Shown here in pieces: positions 13,999 to 26,437 of a stretch of 64,000 nucleotides of DNA; the first letter of the stretch is position 1; the number at the start of each line of letters is the position of its first letter. Under the pieces are notes generated by a model, which saw only the letters and a list, made by a program, of their open reading frames with translations, did no database searches and had not been told where the DNA came from. Both the position numbers and the translations under genes were made by a program. Source of the DNA: Isurus oxyrinchus (Eukaryota); the NCBI GenBank assembly GCA_026770705.1, contig JANJGN010000088.1, positions 930,001 to 994,000 on the forward strand. The letters run 5' to 3'.

Positions 13999-14469
13999 CT
14001 GTAATATAAACAGCAGAGTAAGATACTTGTGTGTGCCATAGTCGATCTATCAGGTGGTATAACCCAAAAAGCCAGGTGGTCTGTCTGCCTATTAGGAAAT
14101 GGACCCTAAAGGACAGGTGATTTGAACTTATTCTGGGACCCAAAAGCAAAAGGGGTCTGTCCTTATTCTGCGAGATGGGCCCTGAAGGACAGGGGGTGGG
14201 ATTTCCTGGCCCCAACTGCCCCGGGATTGTCTAGTCCCGCCGAAGGTCTGTGGAGCTTTGGCTGGGCCACTTCAACTTCCGCGGCGGGTTCCACCATAGC
14301 GGAGCTGGACAATTCTGTCCGGGTATCTGTCCTTATTCTGGGAAATGACACCTGCAGAGTGAGTTCTTCCTTGTGCTCGGGGCCATGATTATTGAGGATT
14401 CAGTTGTTCTGGGTTGCAGTCATTGTCTTGTGTTTCCCAAGGTTAAATGTAGTGTAATCCAACAGAACA

Positions 14470-15340
14470 AACTGTCCATGTTTTTGGAGATGGGGGCCTA
14501 AAGGACAAGTGGTCCAATCTTATTCTTAGAGGTGGATGCTGAAGGAGAGCTGGTCTGTTCCTATTCTGTGACATGCGGCCTTAAGGAGAGGATGTCCGAC
14601 TCTATTCTGGGACATGGGGCCTTAAGGAGAGGTTGTCCGACTCTATTCTGGGACATCATATCTAAAGAAGAGGTGGTCTGACCATATTCTGGGACATGGG
14701 ACCTAAAGGAGAAGGAGTCTGACCATATGCTGGGAGATGGACCCTAAAGGACAGGCTGTCTGACCTCATTCTGGGACATGGGGAGTGAGTGGGCTGTCCT
14801 ACGGGGAAAGGTTGGACAGACTGGGCTTGTTTCCACTGGAGTTTAGAAGAGTGAGGGGTGATTTGATTGAAGTATACAAGATCCTGAACAGCCTTGACAA
14901 GGTGCATGTGGAAAGGATGTTTCCTCTTGTGGGTGAGATCTGAACAGGGGGGCACTGTTTTAACATTAGGGGTCCACCTTTTCGGGCAGAGATGAGGAGA
15001 AATTTTTTCTTGGATGGGTGTGCAACTTTGGAATTCTCTGCCTCAGTTGGTGGTGGAGGCGGGGTCATTGAATATTTTTAAGGCAGAAGTAGATAGATTC
15101 TTGTTAGGCAAGGGCATCAAAGGTTATTGGGGTTAGATCAGAATGTGGAAATCGAAACACAAGAAGATCAGCCATGATCTTATTGAATGGCGCAGCAGGT
15201 TCGATGGGCCAAATGGTCTACTCCTGTTCCTATTTCTTATGTTCTTATTCTGGGACATGGGGCCTTATGGAGAGGTGGTCTGTCCGTATTCTGGGACATG
15301 GGGCCTAAAGGACATGGAATCTGACCTTCTTCTGGGGTGA
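14470..15340. repeat. Degenerate ~40-bp repeat interrupted by a CR1 3' fragment (about 14790-15245)
   Basis: Repeated tattctgggacatggggcctaaaggagaggtggtctgacc. The CR1 piece is absent from the paralogous region at 11700-11900. Confidence 0.7.
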
Positions 15341-15544
15341 ATCAAGACCCTCAGATCAGGTAAAGAGAAAATCTTCAAGGTGCCAGTGGCTGTGAAAGGT
15401 TCCCCACTGTGCTGTCCGTCTGCACCCAGTCTGGTAGCTGGAATCTCAGAGTCAGATAATAAGATGTGGCGATAAATTGAAGATAAATCGTGACTTTACA
15501 GTATGGGTACGTTGTTGTTCGTTTGATAGTTAAAGTCTGGTTAC

Positions 15545-15687
15545 CTTGACAACAGTAACAAAGGTGCTGTAGAGGAAACTTAGAATAAACAGAATGGCGA
15601 AGGCAGCAACTGTCAGTGCGTTGTCGTCTCCTTCCAAACCTTCCACTTCTTCCTTTCCTTCCTCTCCTATCACATTTGGAAGGTCAA
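15545..15687 (-). CDS. IgW: IgW TM1 exon, copy a
   Basis: 143 nt, ttcag acceptor, AAG|gtaa donor: (V)DLPNVIGEEGKEEVEGLEGDDNALTVAAFAILFILSFLYSTFVTVVK. Acidic spacer plus antigen-receptor TM (CART) motif with YST. Confidence 0.92.
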
Positions 15688-17024
15688 CTGAAACAAAGAG
15701 AAATTGGAGCTGATAAAGATGACACTGGGCATTTCATCAAGGTCCACAATGTCTCAGTTTGAAGATAATAGCGAGGGAGGAGATCACAACGGAGGATCAC
15801 TGGGAGCTGTGAATAATTGAAAAGTCTTTCTCTCTTGACCTGTCGCACCCCGGTCCTGTCTCCCACTTTGTCTTTGTCTTTCTCCCTCTCTCAATGCCTT
15901 TCCTCTATCCCTCAGAGATTCTGTCCCCTTGTTTCTGCTTCACTGTCATTCTCAGTTTCTCTTTCTGTAACACTTGCTGTTTCCCTCAAATGTGCACAAA
16001 CAACAGATGATGCTAAAACTGTTTCCAAAATCTCAGTCCTTCAGTCACCCCATTTCTCTATCGTATTATCCAACCTACCAGCTCAAACACAAGTTTCTGA
16101 CTCCTTGGCTCCAAAAACACTCTAATCCGCAAACAAACCATTGATTGTGAAGCGCCCTGAGATTATCCCCATCGCCAGGGTGAGATTCTTAGTAACTTCA
16201 AATATTTACTTCTTTTTGAATCTCTGCTTCTATAACATTTTAATCAACCTAACAGTTCCTGAGGCAGCATTAAATGAACTTGTGTAGTCACCAGGTACAA
16301 CAACTGCTCAATGGCACAAATTCTTGTGAGTGGTGATGTGAGCGAGTGAGACACCAAATGGGATCTGAAAGTCTGCGATTCATGGATTACCGTGATGTGG
16401 TTTTGTGCATCGCAATCTCACCCCGGATCAGAAAATTGTGGGTTCAAGTTCCACTCCAGATACTTGAGTGCATAATTCAGGCTGACATTCCAATGCAGGA
16501 CTGAGAAAGTGCTGCACTGTAGAAGGTGCCGCCTTTCAAATAAGGCATTAAACAATGGCATTGAGGTTGATGTAAACTTGTAAATGGTCCCACAGCACAA
16601 TTGGAAGAAGAGCAGGGGAGTACTCTGCAATGTTCTGAGCCAGCCAACATTTATCCCTCAACCAAAACACCTAAAACCAGATGATCTGGTCATTATCACA
16701 GTTTGTATGGTGGGAATTACTGTGCGCAAATTGGAACTGGTAAACCAAGATAGACCAAAGCCATCCTGATGTTCGGATGAAACAAGGATAATGGAGTTGT
16801 GCACTAATCATAGCAACCAGTCTCTTATCAATTAGTCCACAATAAACCCAGACAGGAGGCGAGGTAAGCCCAATGGTGGGAGCATTGGAAACCATAGGTC
16901 CAAGGACCCCTGTTCCTCACAAGCATGTTACACTCACCGTACATCATGTCCGAAGATACTCATTCACTGTCTCCCGAAACACAACAATAATGAACACTCA
17001 AAACTGAAACCTTTTCACATTATG

Positions 17025-17030
17025 TTTATT
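17025..17030 (-). terminator. Poly(A) signal of the long secretory form
   Basis: AATAAA about 330 nt after the stop codon, followed by GT/T-rich sequence. Confidence 0.7.
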
Positions 17031-17362
17031 GAAAATGGATCAGTACATTGACATCTTGCCACATACAATGAACCCTTCTTGGGGTCTCACACAGGTTTCA
17101 CACTTGGTCAAATGCAGCACAAAAAACGCTTGAAAACCAACTCAGGACTTCAGATGTTTGGAGAGAACGATGTTTGTTGTAGGATCAGATGGTTAAATTT
17201 AAATAATTTCTTTCTCAGTTATTGAACAAGGTCAGATTTTGTTCACATTTTCTAGTGATCTGCGACAAAAAGCGAGATTTCATAGCAACCATGACAATCC
17301 TCTGGTTGTCTTAACCATCCATTTACAGGGATTATGTAAATGGGTGATTGAATCATTAGATG

Positions 17363-17745
17363 CTATGAACAGGATTTGAAGCCTTCAGTTAGAACAAGTG
17401 ACACATTGACCAGGGTGGGTTTGCTGTGAGATTTATTGATGCTCCTGAACAGACTTGTTGTGACTGACTCGTGTCCCACCACACAGGAGTAAGTGGTGCC
17501 GCTGTTCCACTCGTCTGCGGAGACTGTCAACTGACTGCCCGAGTTCCAGCCACTTCTGCCATCCTCGGTCACCGGCTGGTTCACAAATCCTGACTTCAGA
17601 AGGGTGTCGTTGGCCATCCAGGCCAGGTAGATCTCTGCAGGGGAGAATCCGGTGACCAGGCAAACCAGGGTCGCGGTGTGGTCTGTCTCCATCTCATCTT
17701 GCGAAGGGGGAAGGAGGTAGACTTGAGGGTGAGTCTTAATGTCAA
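17363..17745 (-). CDS. IgW: IgW CH6-type terminal exon (10th C domain) with canonical secretory tailpiece
   Basis: (V)DIKTHPQVYLLPPSQDE...TLVCLVTGFSPAEIYLAW...YSCVVGHES...NKSHSKPTLVNVSLVLTEGFKSCS*. NVS sequon and penultimate Cys. Confidence 0.94.
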
Positions 17746-18812
17746 CTGGAAACAGAGACAATGTAGGTTAGACTGAGCCCCCTCTCATCCTGCATACACT
17801 CGGCACGTTCTGCTCTTAACACAAATCTGGGCAACTTCTGCGTCCCCAGGGACCCCTCCTCTATCAGAAAGTAAAGGCAATGACCTCTTTCTGGCCATTG
17901 TTGGGGTAGGGTGCAAGGGGCAGGATCATCAATCTTGCTGATTTTAAACTTGGGGAGGCAATGAACCATTGGGAATCTGCAGGAAGAGTGTTCGGATGGT
18001 TAATAGGGATGTGCTGACCTTAAAATGATCGAAATAATCAAAACCCTTACAATCATGAGGGATTTCACTGGCAGGAGAGTCAGTAAACAGAGGGCAGATA
18101 TTAAAGAGGAGCTGGCAAATGAACCAGTGGGAAGATGAGAATTTTTTTTTGCTCTGCGAGTTATGATTATTTGAAATGCGCTGTCTGAAGGAGGGTTGTG
18201 GAAGCAGTTAAATAGCAACTTTCACAAGGGAATTGGACATATGCTTGGAAAGGAGAAAATTTTAAGCCTATTGGGAAAGAGCAGATTGGGTGTCAGATTA
18301 ATTGAATAGCTCTTGCAACGAGCTGGCACAGGCATGATGGACCAAATGGCCTCCTGTGCTCCATGATTCTCTTAGAAATACCAGAGATCCACTTCCCAGC
18401 CCCTGCTTACTGTTGTAAAGAGGTAGGCTTCAGGAATTAATCTTGTCCTGTGGTGTCTGCTCCATCTCCCTTTCCTCTTAATGGACTTGCTCATCTTCAA
18501 CCTACACCTCAGACGGACCTCTCTCACCGCTCCAATAGCTGGCTTGTTTCAGGCACTTCTTAATGTTGTGATAACTGCTAATTCCTCTCCGTCTATCTCC
18601 CCTCACTGTGAATCCATCCCACAAGGACTTGTGTGGTTTGGAGTGAGGCCATTGTGGAGATTTGAGGTTTTATCTGATCCATTTCTTAGCAGGGTTCGCA
18701 CATCTCTGGGCCATTAACACAGTGTGACACCCCATACTAGATAGTTTACCACTTGATGGTCATAAATCACTTCATTTGCTCAGACCAGACGCACAGCTTC
18801 ATCCACACGTAC

Positions 18813-19133
18813 CTTGGGCTTTCCTGATTGACCTCTTCTCAGGCGTTGGCAAACTCTTGTCCTCCACCAAACACAAATACTCTACCCCACTCTCCCACTC
18901 TGCAGCAGGGACCATCAGTCTGCTGAAGATCATGTCTTTGTCTCCATTCCTCTTGGGACCCTGAGTCTTCACTCCATCTTCTCTCTTGATTCCATCCGCC
19001 TGCCAGGTTACCCTGACTCCCTCTAAATCACTGTGAAGTACCTCGCAAAGTATAGTCGCTGTCCTGTTCCTCCAGATCTCTTCAAAAGGAGGCTTCCTTA
19101 AGGTGACTGAGATCCCAGTGTCCAAACATTCAT
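18813..19133 (-). CDS. IgW: IgW CH5-type exon (9th C domain)
   Basis: 321 nt: (D)ECLDTGISVTLRKPPFEEIWRNRTATILCEV...YLCLVEDKSLPTPEKRSIRKAQ, donor G|gtacgt. Confidence 0.92.
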
Positions 19134-19981
19134 CTGGGAGAAAAATTATCATTGTTATTTCGTGATTCCCTCACGGGATGTGGACATGGCTTGCAAGGCT
19201 GGCATTTCATGCACATCGCCACATGTACAATAGTGGCTTGTTCGACTCTTTCAGAGGGCAGCTCTGCATCAGCCACATTGGTCTGTGCCTGTAGCCACAT
19301 CTGGGGCAGACAGGGTAAGGACAGCAGGTATCCTTCCCTCAAGGAAGATGAACAAACCTGTTGGGTTTTTAATGACAATCTAACGCCTTCAAGGTCACTT
19401 TACTGATTCTAACTTTTTATTACCAATTTTTACTTTCTGCAACTGAATTCAAATTCTCAAGCTGTCTTAGATTTGAACTCAGTTGTCTGCATTAGTGATT
19501 GTATATGTCAACCTTGGCACGTTGGTAGGGCAAGCTCCTCTACCTGCGATGGTTGTGCGTTCACGACCCACTACGGATACTTGAGCACAAAATCAAGAAT
19601 GACAAACCCCATGCCGATACTGAGGGAATGCGGCACTGTTGGGTATGCCGTCTCTCAGTAAGAGACATTAAGCCACGGCCCCTTCTCAGGCCAGCCAAAG
19701 AGATCACATTGTCGCCAATTTGGAAAAAAAGGGGAGAGGGGCCAAAATTTAACAGATTACCTGGTCTTCATCATAATGCAGTTTATCGGGCCTTGCCTTA
19801 TGCAAATTAGTTGACGCTTTCTTTGCATTGAAACAGTTACGACACCTCAACAAAAGTACTCTTTTGGCTGTGAGGCACATCCTGAGGATGTGAAAGCTAC
19901 AACATTAATGCTATTGTCTCTTTCTTTGTCCAGACCTCTAGAATATTAATCCACTCACATAGTCACTACATAACCACATAC

Positions 19982-20299
19982 CTTGGAAGTTCTTCACCGT
20001 CTCACTGGTGTTGAAGTTGGAGGGTGGATGAGACACTGCACAGGTGAAGTTTAAGCCTTTCCTCCACTCCTCTGCACTCACAGTCAGGTAGTGCCTGACG
20101 CAGAATGTCCCGGCCTGTTCCAGAGCAGTGTGTCCAGTGTGGGCCTTGGAGGAGATCAGAGCACCATCTTTCTCCCAGGTGACATTTATGAGGTCTGGGT
20201 AGAATCCAGTGATCACACACTCGAGTGTGGCTGTGCTCTTACCCTTGATCTCTTCAGTTGGTTGAAACAGCAATCTGACCTTGGGACTTTTTGGCTCGA
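19982..20299 (-). CDS. IgW: IgW CH4-type exon, copy c (8th C domain, more divergent)
   Basis: 318 nt: (V)EPKSPKVRLLFQPTEEIKGKSTATLECVITGFYPD...TFCVRHY...FTCAVSHPPSNFNTSETVKNFQ, donor G|gtatgt. Confidence 0.92.
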
Positions 20300-20389
20300 C
20301 TGGAATAGACAGACAAAACCAAGAAGTTGTTAAATTCCTTCCCTGAAAGTGAACAAAGTTAGTTATGTAATTTCTGATCTCTCACCCAC

Positions 20390-20692
20390 CTTTTACACTC
20401 TTTACCCATTTTGAAATGGGTGAGGATGAGGAACGACTTTGAGCAGAGCACACGAACTCCACCCCGCTGTCCCATTCCTCTGCAGTGGTTCGGAGTCGGC
20501 TGGTGACGATGTATTGGGTCCCTTCCTCTCTCTGTCGCTGGGTTGAAACCCCTTTACTTCGCTCCTGCCCGTTCATGTTCCAGGTGATGCGGACCTGGCT
20601 CGGATTGGAACAGACCACTGTACACACCAGGGTAGCTGTCTTGTTGATCCAAACCTCTTCCATAAGTGGACTTTGGATAAAGACAGATATTT
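20390..20692 (-). CDS. IgW: IgW CH3-type exon, copy c (7th C domain)
   Basis: 303 nt: (E)ISVFIQSPLMEEVWINKTATLVCTVVCS...SPISKWVKSVK. Intact splice sites. Confidence 0.92.
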
Positions 20693-21194
20693 CTGGGAAG
20701 GGGAAATTATACAAATCAGAAGAACGGGCATTAATTAGTATCAGCCACTTGTGGCCTTCAATAGGAATCCAGTTTAATGTGTTTCACCTGGAGCTGCTAA
20801 TCGATCATGCGACACTGCACTTAAATTTTTCAACAAGTTGAACATTAGAAAATCCCAGGGTTGTTTAAAAAATGTCTTGCAATTCTCAGTTTGCAAGTTT
20901 TGACTGAGAAAACATCGTAGGACAACCAAGAACCCACTGGATCCCTTTTGAATCTGTCTGCCCTTACCGTGACCAAGAGATCCACAGTGAGGACTGCAGT
21001 TGAGTTGTGGGGTGAGTGGCTTTTAGATGCGACAATGTTACTAACAATGCAATCTCTGGTTTGTGAAATGGAGTGAAACAGAGATACAAACTGCTTAGCA
21101 AAAGGAACAATTCAGTAAATGCTTTTTCACTGCGTGGGGCTGTGGAATGATTTTTGACATTGAGCACACTGAATGAACGAAGGGCCCATTTCTT

Positions 21195-21600
21195 TTAGCT
21201 GCGGCTCAGTTGATAGCACGCTCACCTCCAAATCAGAACGTTGTGGATTCATGTCCCACAAAACTCAAAGCTGATGCCCCAGTGCAATACTGAGGGAGTG
21301 CTGCACTGTCAGAGCACTGCCTTTTGGATGAGAATTGAAAATGAGGCGCCAAATGCCGGCTTAGGTAGGTGTAAAAGAAGGACATCAGGGAAGCTCGTTC
21401 CAATACCCTGATCAGTATATATCCCTCACTCAACATCACAAAAACAGGATCCCTGGTTATTGTCACATTACTCTTTGTGGGAACTTGCTGTGTGTAAATT
21501 GGCTGCTGTGTTTCCAACTTTAGAACAGTGGCTGCACTTCAAAAGTACTTCATTTTGGCATGTCCTGTGGTCACGAAAGATGACATGTAAATGTGAGCCT
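21195..21600 (+). mobile_element. tRNA-derived SINE-like element (paralogue at about 28022-28425; related copies at about 12950-13270 and 16415-16735)
   Basis: ggctcagttgatagcac A-box-like start, gtggattcatgtccca B-box-like motif, shared core with other copies. Confidence 0.55.
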
Positions 21601-23304
21601 TTCTTTACTTTTCTTCCTCTAATTGGAGCTGGCCTGGATCACATCAGTTTTAAAATTCTTATCCTAATGTTCACGGCTTCACCTCTCCCTATCCCTGTAA
21701 CCTTCTCCAGCCCTACAGCCGCCCAGAAACTCTGCACAACTCTAGACACTTGTACATCCTTATCTTCCTTTCCCCCTGCATTGGTGGCTGTGTCTTCAGC
21801 CGTCTAGGCCCTAATGCCTGGAATTCACTGCCTAAACCTCAGCCACCTGCCACCTCTCTCCTCATTTGAGGTGCTGCATAAAACCTCTCTATTTTGCCAA
21901 GATTTTGGCCACAAGATCTCCTCCTGGAGGCTCAGCATCAGTTTTGCTTTGGCTTTGGTCCTGTGAAGCACCTTGGGATGTTTTACTACATTAAAGTCTC
22001 TATATCGATTCAAGTTATCATTGGTGATCATTCCCTGTCAAAGAAGGTTAGTTTTCATTGGCAGAGCAACTCCCATGAATCAGGGGAGTAACAGAAGTCC
22101 CCTCTTCCTGCAGGTTGGTGATCATTTCTGCATAACACGGACTTCCCCTCATTTCATTCCGGAGTTTACTGGCCTGGGAAGGGAATGATTGATTGAATTC
22201 TTCACACTTTCTCCTTGGTGCTCAACTCCCATGGATCGCAACCTTTTCAGATATCCCGCAGCTCACTGCGTGTTCTGTATACTGTTAACACAGACACACA
22301 CGCATATACACACAGACACACACATGCACACACACATTCACTGCGTGAATCACAACTGCTTTGATCCACACTAATTGTTCTCTCACGATGTAATGTTAAC
22401 ACTTACAGAGTGACTGGATTACTCCATCTGTGTCCATATCAAAACCTGTCATGAACACCACATATTGACTCTTCCGGCTGCAGTTTCAGCTGATGTTCAG
22501 TGTCTGTCTAATAGGACTGTGTCTTTTATTAGGTTATTTATTCTGTTTCTCTCTCTCTTGCCTTTTAAACAAAACCTTGATCAATTTCCTTCCAGATTGG
22601 GATTGCTCAATATATTAATGATTAAGTCTAGGTGTTTTTCACGTTGATCTCCCATCATAAAACCTCATAGGGTTGGGAACAATCCCCTTATCACTGTAAA
22701 ATAATAACATTATTGGGCAAGAGGTGTTTAATTCCATTTACCCTTTGTGCGGAATTTTGAAAAAACACTTCCCTGCCTTGGATTCCTGTGAACATTGAGC
22801 TCCTGACATTGACTGAGATGAGTATCCAGATTGGGAGAGTGATGGGAACTGTTTCTATTTCTGCAACCCAGAATTTCATTTAAAACAGACCAGGCCATTC
22901 AGGACACCAGTTAAATCCTTGTGTGCTGAATCACCAACTTGCCTCAGGATCATTGAAGGGGGCCAATCCGGCTATTTCACTGGATCAATGAGTCCTACTC
23001 CAGCACCTCCCAACCTCCTGGCCTCTCTGGGTGACAAACAGGCTTCTAATCCTTTCCAACTTGAGAGTCAGACTTGAGAGACAATGGTCAGTCGGTGGGG
23101 TCGGGTCCCTATTCACTCTGACCCAGCGCAGGTCACAAAGAAATGACCATTCAGATAAGGAGTGGGTTGTCTGGGGGAACCCAACCTAGGGCTGTAACTT
23201 CTCGCAGTATTCACACTTTCATTCTGACGGATACCCTGGGATACATTTGAACCTGCCAGATGGTTTGTAATAAAATTCAGCGACCAATTCCATTCACAAA
23301 CTCA

Positions 23305-23462
23305 TCACTTTATTTCACATTTTTGTTGGTAGCAGTCATATTGGAGCTGATCACCATTTTTGAGGGTCACATTGAGGTTAGTCTGGTAGAGAAACTTCGG
23401 CATACAGTCAGAACAAGAACAAGGAGAACTTGGAACTGGACGACATGCGTTTCCACCTGGAA
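23305..23462 (-). CDS. IgW: Cys-rich secretory tail exon T3 (copy of T1)
   Basis: 158 nt: (V)PGGNACRPVPSSPCSCSDCMPKFLYQTNLNVTLKNGDQLQYDCYQQKCEIK*. 6 Cys; acceptor and overlapping AATAAA intact. Confidence 0.85.
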
Positions 23463-23835
23463 CTGGAAGAGTTGCAGATTTAAGTGTTATGCATTTTCAC
23501 CTCCCCTCCCCTCTACTGGGGAAGTGGGAGCTCCATGCAGCCCCTGGCCTCTGCTCTGTCCTGTCTTCTAAAGATCCTAAAAGAACTAGATCATGTAGAC
23601 ACTGACAAGCTGTTTTTACCTTGTCCAGAACAGTAAAATCAGTGGGTATGGCCTCTGTTTGAAGGGGGCAGGATGAACAATCGTTCTTTCTTTACTTGGC
23701 CTCTAGATTACTCGTCCACCTAGGTAATAACTACATCACCACACCGACGTTGTGAGGTTTGAATTTGCCTGGCCCCAAGAGAATTTATATGAGAAGACCA
23801 TGATGTCAATATTGGAATCAGGCCCAGGACCTTAC

Positions 23836-24153
23836 CTGGGACATTTTTCACCTCCTTGCTGATGACGAAGTTGGAAAGTGGATGAGACACTGTACAGCTG
23901 AAGGCTGATCCTGTCCTCCACTCCTCTGCACTCACAGTCAGGTAGTGCCTGACATTGAAGGTCCCTGCCTGTTCCAGAGCGGTGAGTCCAGCATGGGTGT
24001 TGGAGGAGATCGGAACACCATCTTTCTGCCAGGAGACGTGTAAGAGCTCCGGGTAGAATCCAGTGATCACACACTCGAGTGTGGCTGTGCTCTGGTTCTT
24101 GACCTCTTGGGCTGGGGGAGGCAGCAGCCTGACCTTGGGACTTTTTGGCTCGA
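23836..24153 (-). CDS. IgW: IgW CH4-type exon, copy b (6th C domain)
   Basis: 318 nt, nearly identical to CH4a (DGVP vs DGAP). Intact splice sites. Confidence 0.92.
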
Positions 24154-24243
24154 CTGGAATAGACAGGCAAAACAAAGAAGCTGTTAAATTCCTTCCCTGA
24201 AAGTGAACAAAGTTAGTTATGTAATTTCTGATCTCTCACCCAC

Positions 24244-24546
24244 CTTTTACACTCTTTGCCCGTTTTGAAATGGGTGAGGATGAGGAACCACTTTGAGCAG
24301 AGCACACGAACTCCACCCCGCTGTCCCATTCCTCTGCAGTGGTTCGGAGTCGGCTGGTGACGATGTATTGGGTTCCTTCCTCTCTCTGTCGCTGGGTTGA
24401 AACCCCTTTACTTCGCTCCTGCCCGTTCATGTTCCAGGTGATGCGGACTTGGCTCGGATCTGAACAGACTACTTTACACACCAGGGTAGCAGTCTTGTTG
24501 ATCCAAACCTCTTCAACAGAAGGATTTTGGATAAAAACTGACATTT
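24244..24546 (-). CDS. IgW: IgW CH3-type exon, copy b (5th C domain)
   Basis: 303 nt: (E)MSVFIQNPSVEEVWINKTATLVCKVVCSD...KRAKSVK. Intact splice sites. Confidence 0.92.
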
Positions 24547-26258
24547 CTGGGAAGCAGAAAGTGAAAACTTTAGAAGGATTGACGTTATTTGGTGTTGGCA
24601 GGCTTCAGAATTTTAGGGTGGTGTCTCCCTACTGATGTTGGTGGATGATAGGTCAACACAGAAGTGACTTTAAACTGCCACCTGTTTTAATCTCTTGAGT
24701 TGATACTGGGTGAAATACACAGCATTTAAGTTTGCAGCAAACTGAGCCTTTAGAAAATCCAAGGGTCGCTTTAGCAATGTCTAGCAATTCTTGACTCGCA
24801 TGTTATGATTGAGAAAACATAATCAGAGCACTAAGAACCTGCCGTATCCATTTTGAATTTGTTTGCTGTGCCTGTGACCAATAGGCCCACAGTGAGGAGT
24901 GCAAATTGCATTCTAGGACTGAGCAACATTTAGATGTGACACTGTGAATCAATTGCAAAGCCCAGTTTGTTAAATGGAGTGAGGCAGATGCAGATCGCTT
25001 AGCAATGGAAACAATTGAATAAAGGCTTATTTACTTACAGCCCCTCCACCTCCCCGCTGTTGTATGGTTGATTTGTGACATTGAACAGATTGAATCAATG
25101 AGTTGCCCTTTTTGGAGACAGCCTTGGATTGCCTCCATTTCAAAATCCTTATCCTAGTGTTGACATCTCGCTGGCCTTGCCTCTCCATATCTCTGTCACA
25201 TTTGCCAGCCCAATAACCGTCTGAAAATGCTGCTTTCCACCAACATTAACCTCTTGTACACCCCACACTCCCTTCGCCCTAACAGTAGCAGCTGTCCATC
25301 AGCCATCTAGACCCTGCTCTGTGTAAGTCTATCCCTGAATCACAATTACATGGCCAACCCTCTCTCCTCCTTTAAGACGCTCCATAAAAACGACCTCTGC
25401 CCCCGCCTCCTCCTTTGGTTCTTTATCAATTTCTGTCCGATTACTCTCCAATGCAGAACTTTAGACCTCTGTCCACACTAAAGGTGATATATAAAAGCAG
25501 GTTATTGTAGATAAGTCTCTGTGAAGATAGATGATTAGTGTGCAGTGGCAGAGCAAGCCACAAATCAGATGTAGTGACAGCTCCTTTGCTGGAGCTCGGG
25601 GATAATTTATGCAAAACGTTTACATCCCATCTCCAGTTTCATGTCCAAGAGACTAGATAAAAAGCAAATGTTTTACCGAGTACTTCATACGTTTTCCCCA
25701 TTGCCAGCAGTTTCCCAAAAGACCATTGTCACTTCAGATATCCCGCAGCTCACTGCGTGTTCTGAACACTATTCACGCGCACAAACACACATTCACTGTG
25801 CGAATCACAACACTTCTCCCTCTATATAATGAACAGTAGACACTTGGGTATGATGGGAAGGATGACAATTACTGCATCAGGATCAAATCCTTTCATGAGC
25901 TTCGAGAACCAACTCCTCCGGCTGCAGTTTCAGATGATGTCCTGTACACAGGGTGGTGGGATTTTCCAATGGCCATTTGGGTGGCTCGCCACATCTGCTG
26001 CAGAGGGACCCACTGCAGTGGAGCCAGAAAATCCTGGCCAGTGTCTGACAAGACCCTATCTTTCATTAACTTGAGATGGGTGAACGGAAGAGTTTATCAC
26101 TTCTGCTGCCATGGATTTCCATCCAGAACCTACCGGATTGTACAGGAGCCAGATGGAACCCTGCAGCCGGTCTCAGCGGTTTGCCTCAGGACCAGAATCA
26201 TTGAAATGGGACAGCCTTCTTTTACTGGATCAACGCGATTCAATTCACAACCAGCCCA

Positions 26259-26437
26259 TCATCGAATTTCACACATTTGTTGACAACATTTATACTGGCA
26301 TGGATCAGCATCAGAGAAGGTCATGTTACAGTTAATCTGATATAGGAACCTCAGCATCCAGCCAGAACAAGAATCAGTCAGACAAGAGCAAGCAGCATTT
26401 CCACCCGGAACAGGAAGATTTGTGTTTCCACCTAGAA
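26259..26437 (-). CDS. IgW: Divergent Cys-rich secretory tail exon T2
   Basis: ccag acceptor, phase 1, open frame: (V)LGGNTNLPVPGGNAACSCLTDSCSGWMLRFLYQINCNMTFSDADPCQYKCCQQMCEIR*. Clearly homologous to T1. Confidence 0.78.

Larger units (their letters stand above)
11007..17066. repeat. Tandem duplication of the TM cassette (about 11007-13601 and 13602-17066)
   Basis: Collinear similarity. The junction at about 13601 joins secretory 3'UTR sequence to TM2 3'UTR sequence. Confidence 0.88.

Noticed and set aside
19800-19807. Perfect octamer ATGCAAAT
   Set aside because: Lies within a SINE-derived gtgcaaattggctg-type segment; probably incidental
19140-19980. A fourth Cys-rich tail after CH4c
   Set aside because: No T1-like sequence found; the intron holds SINE-like remnants
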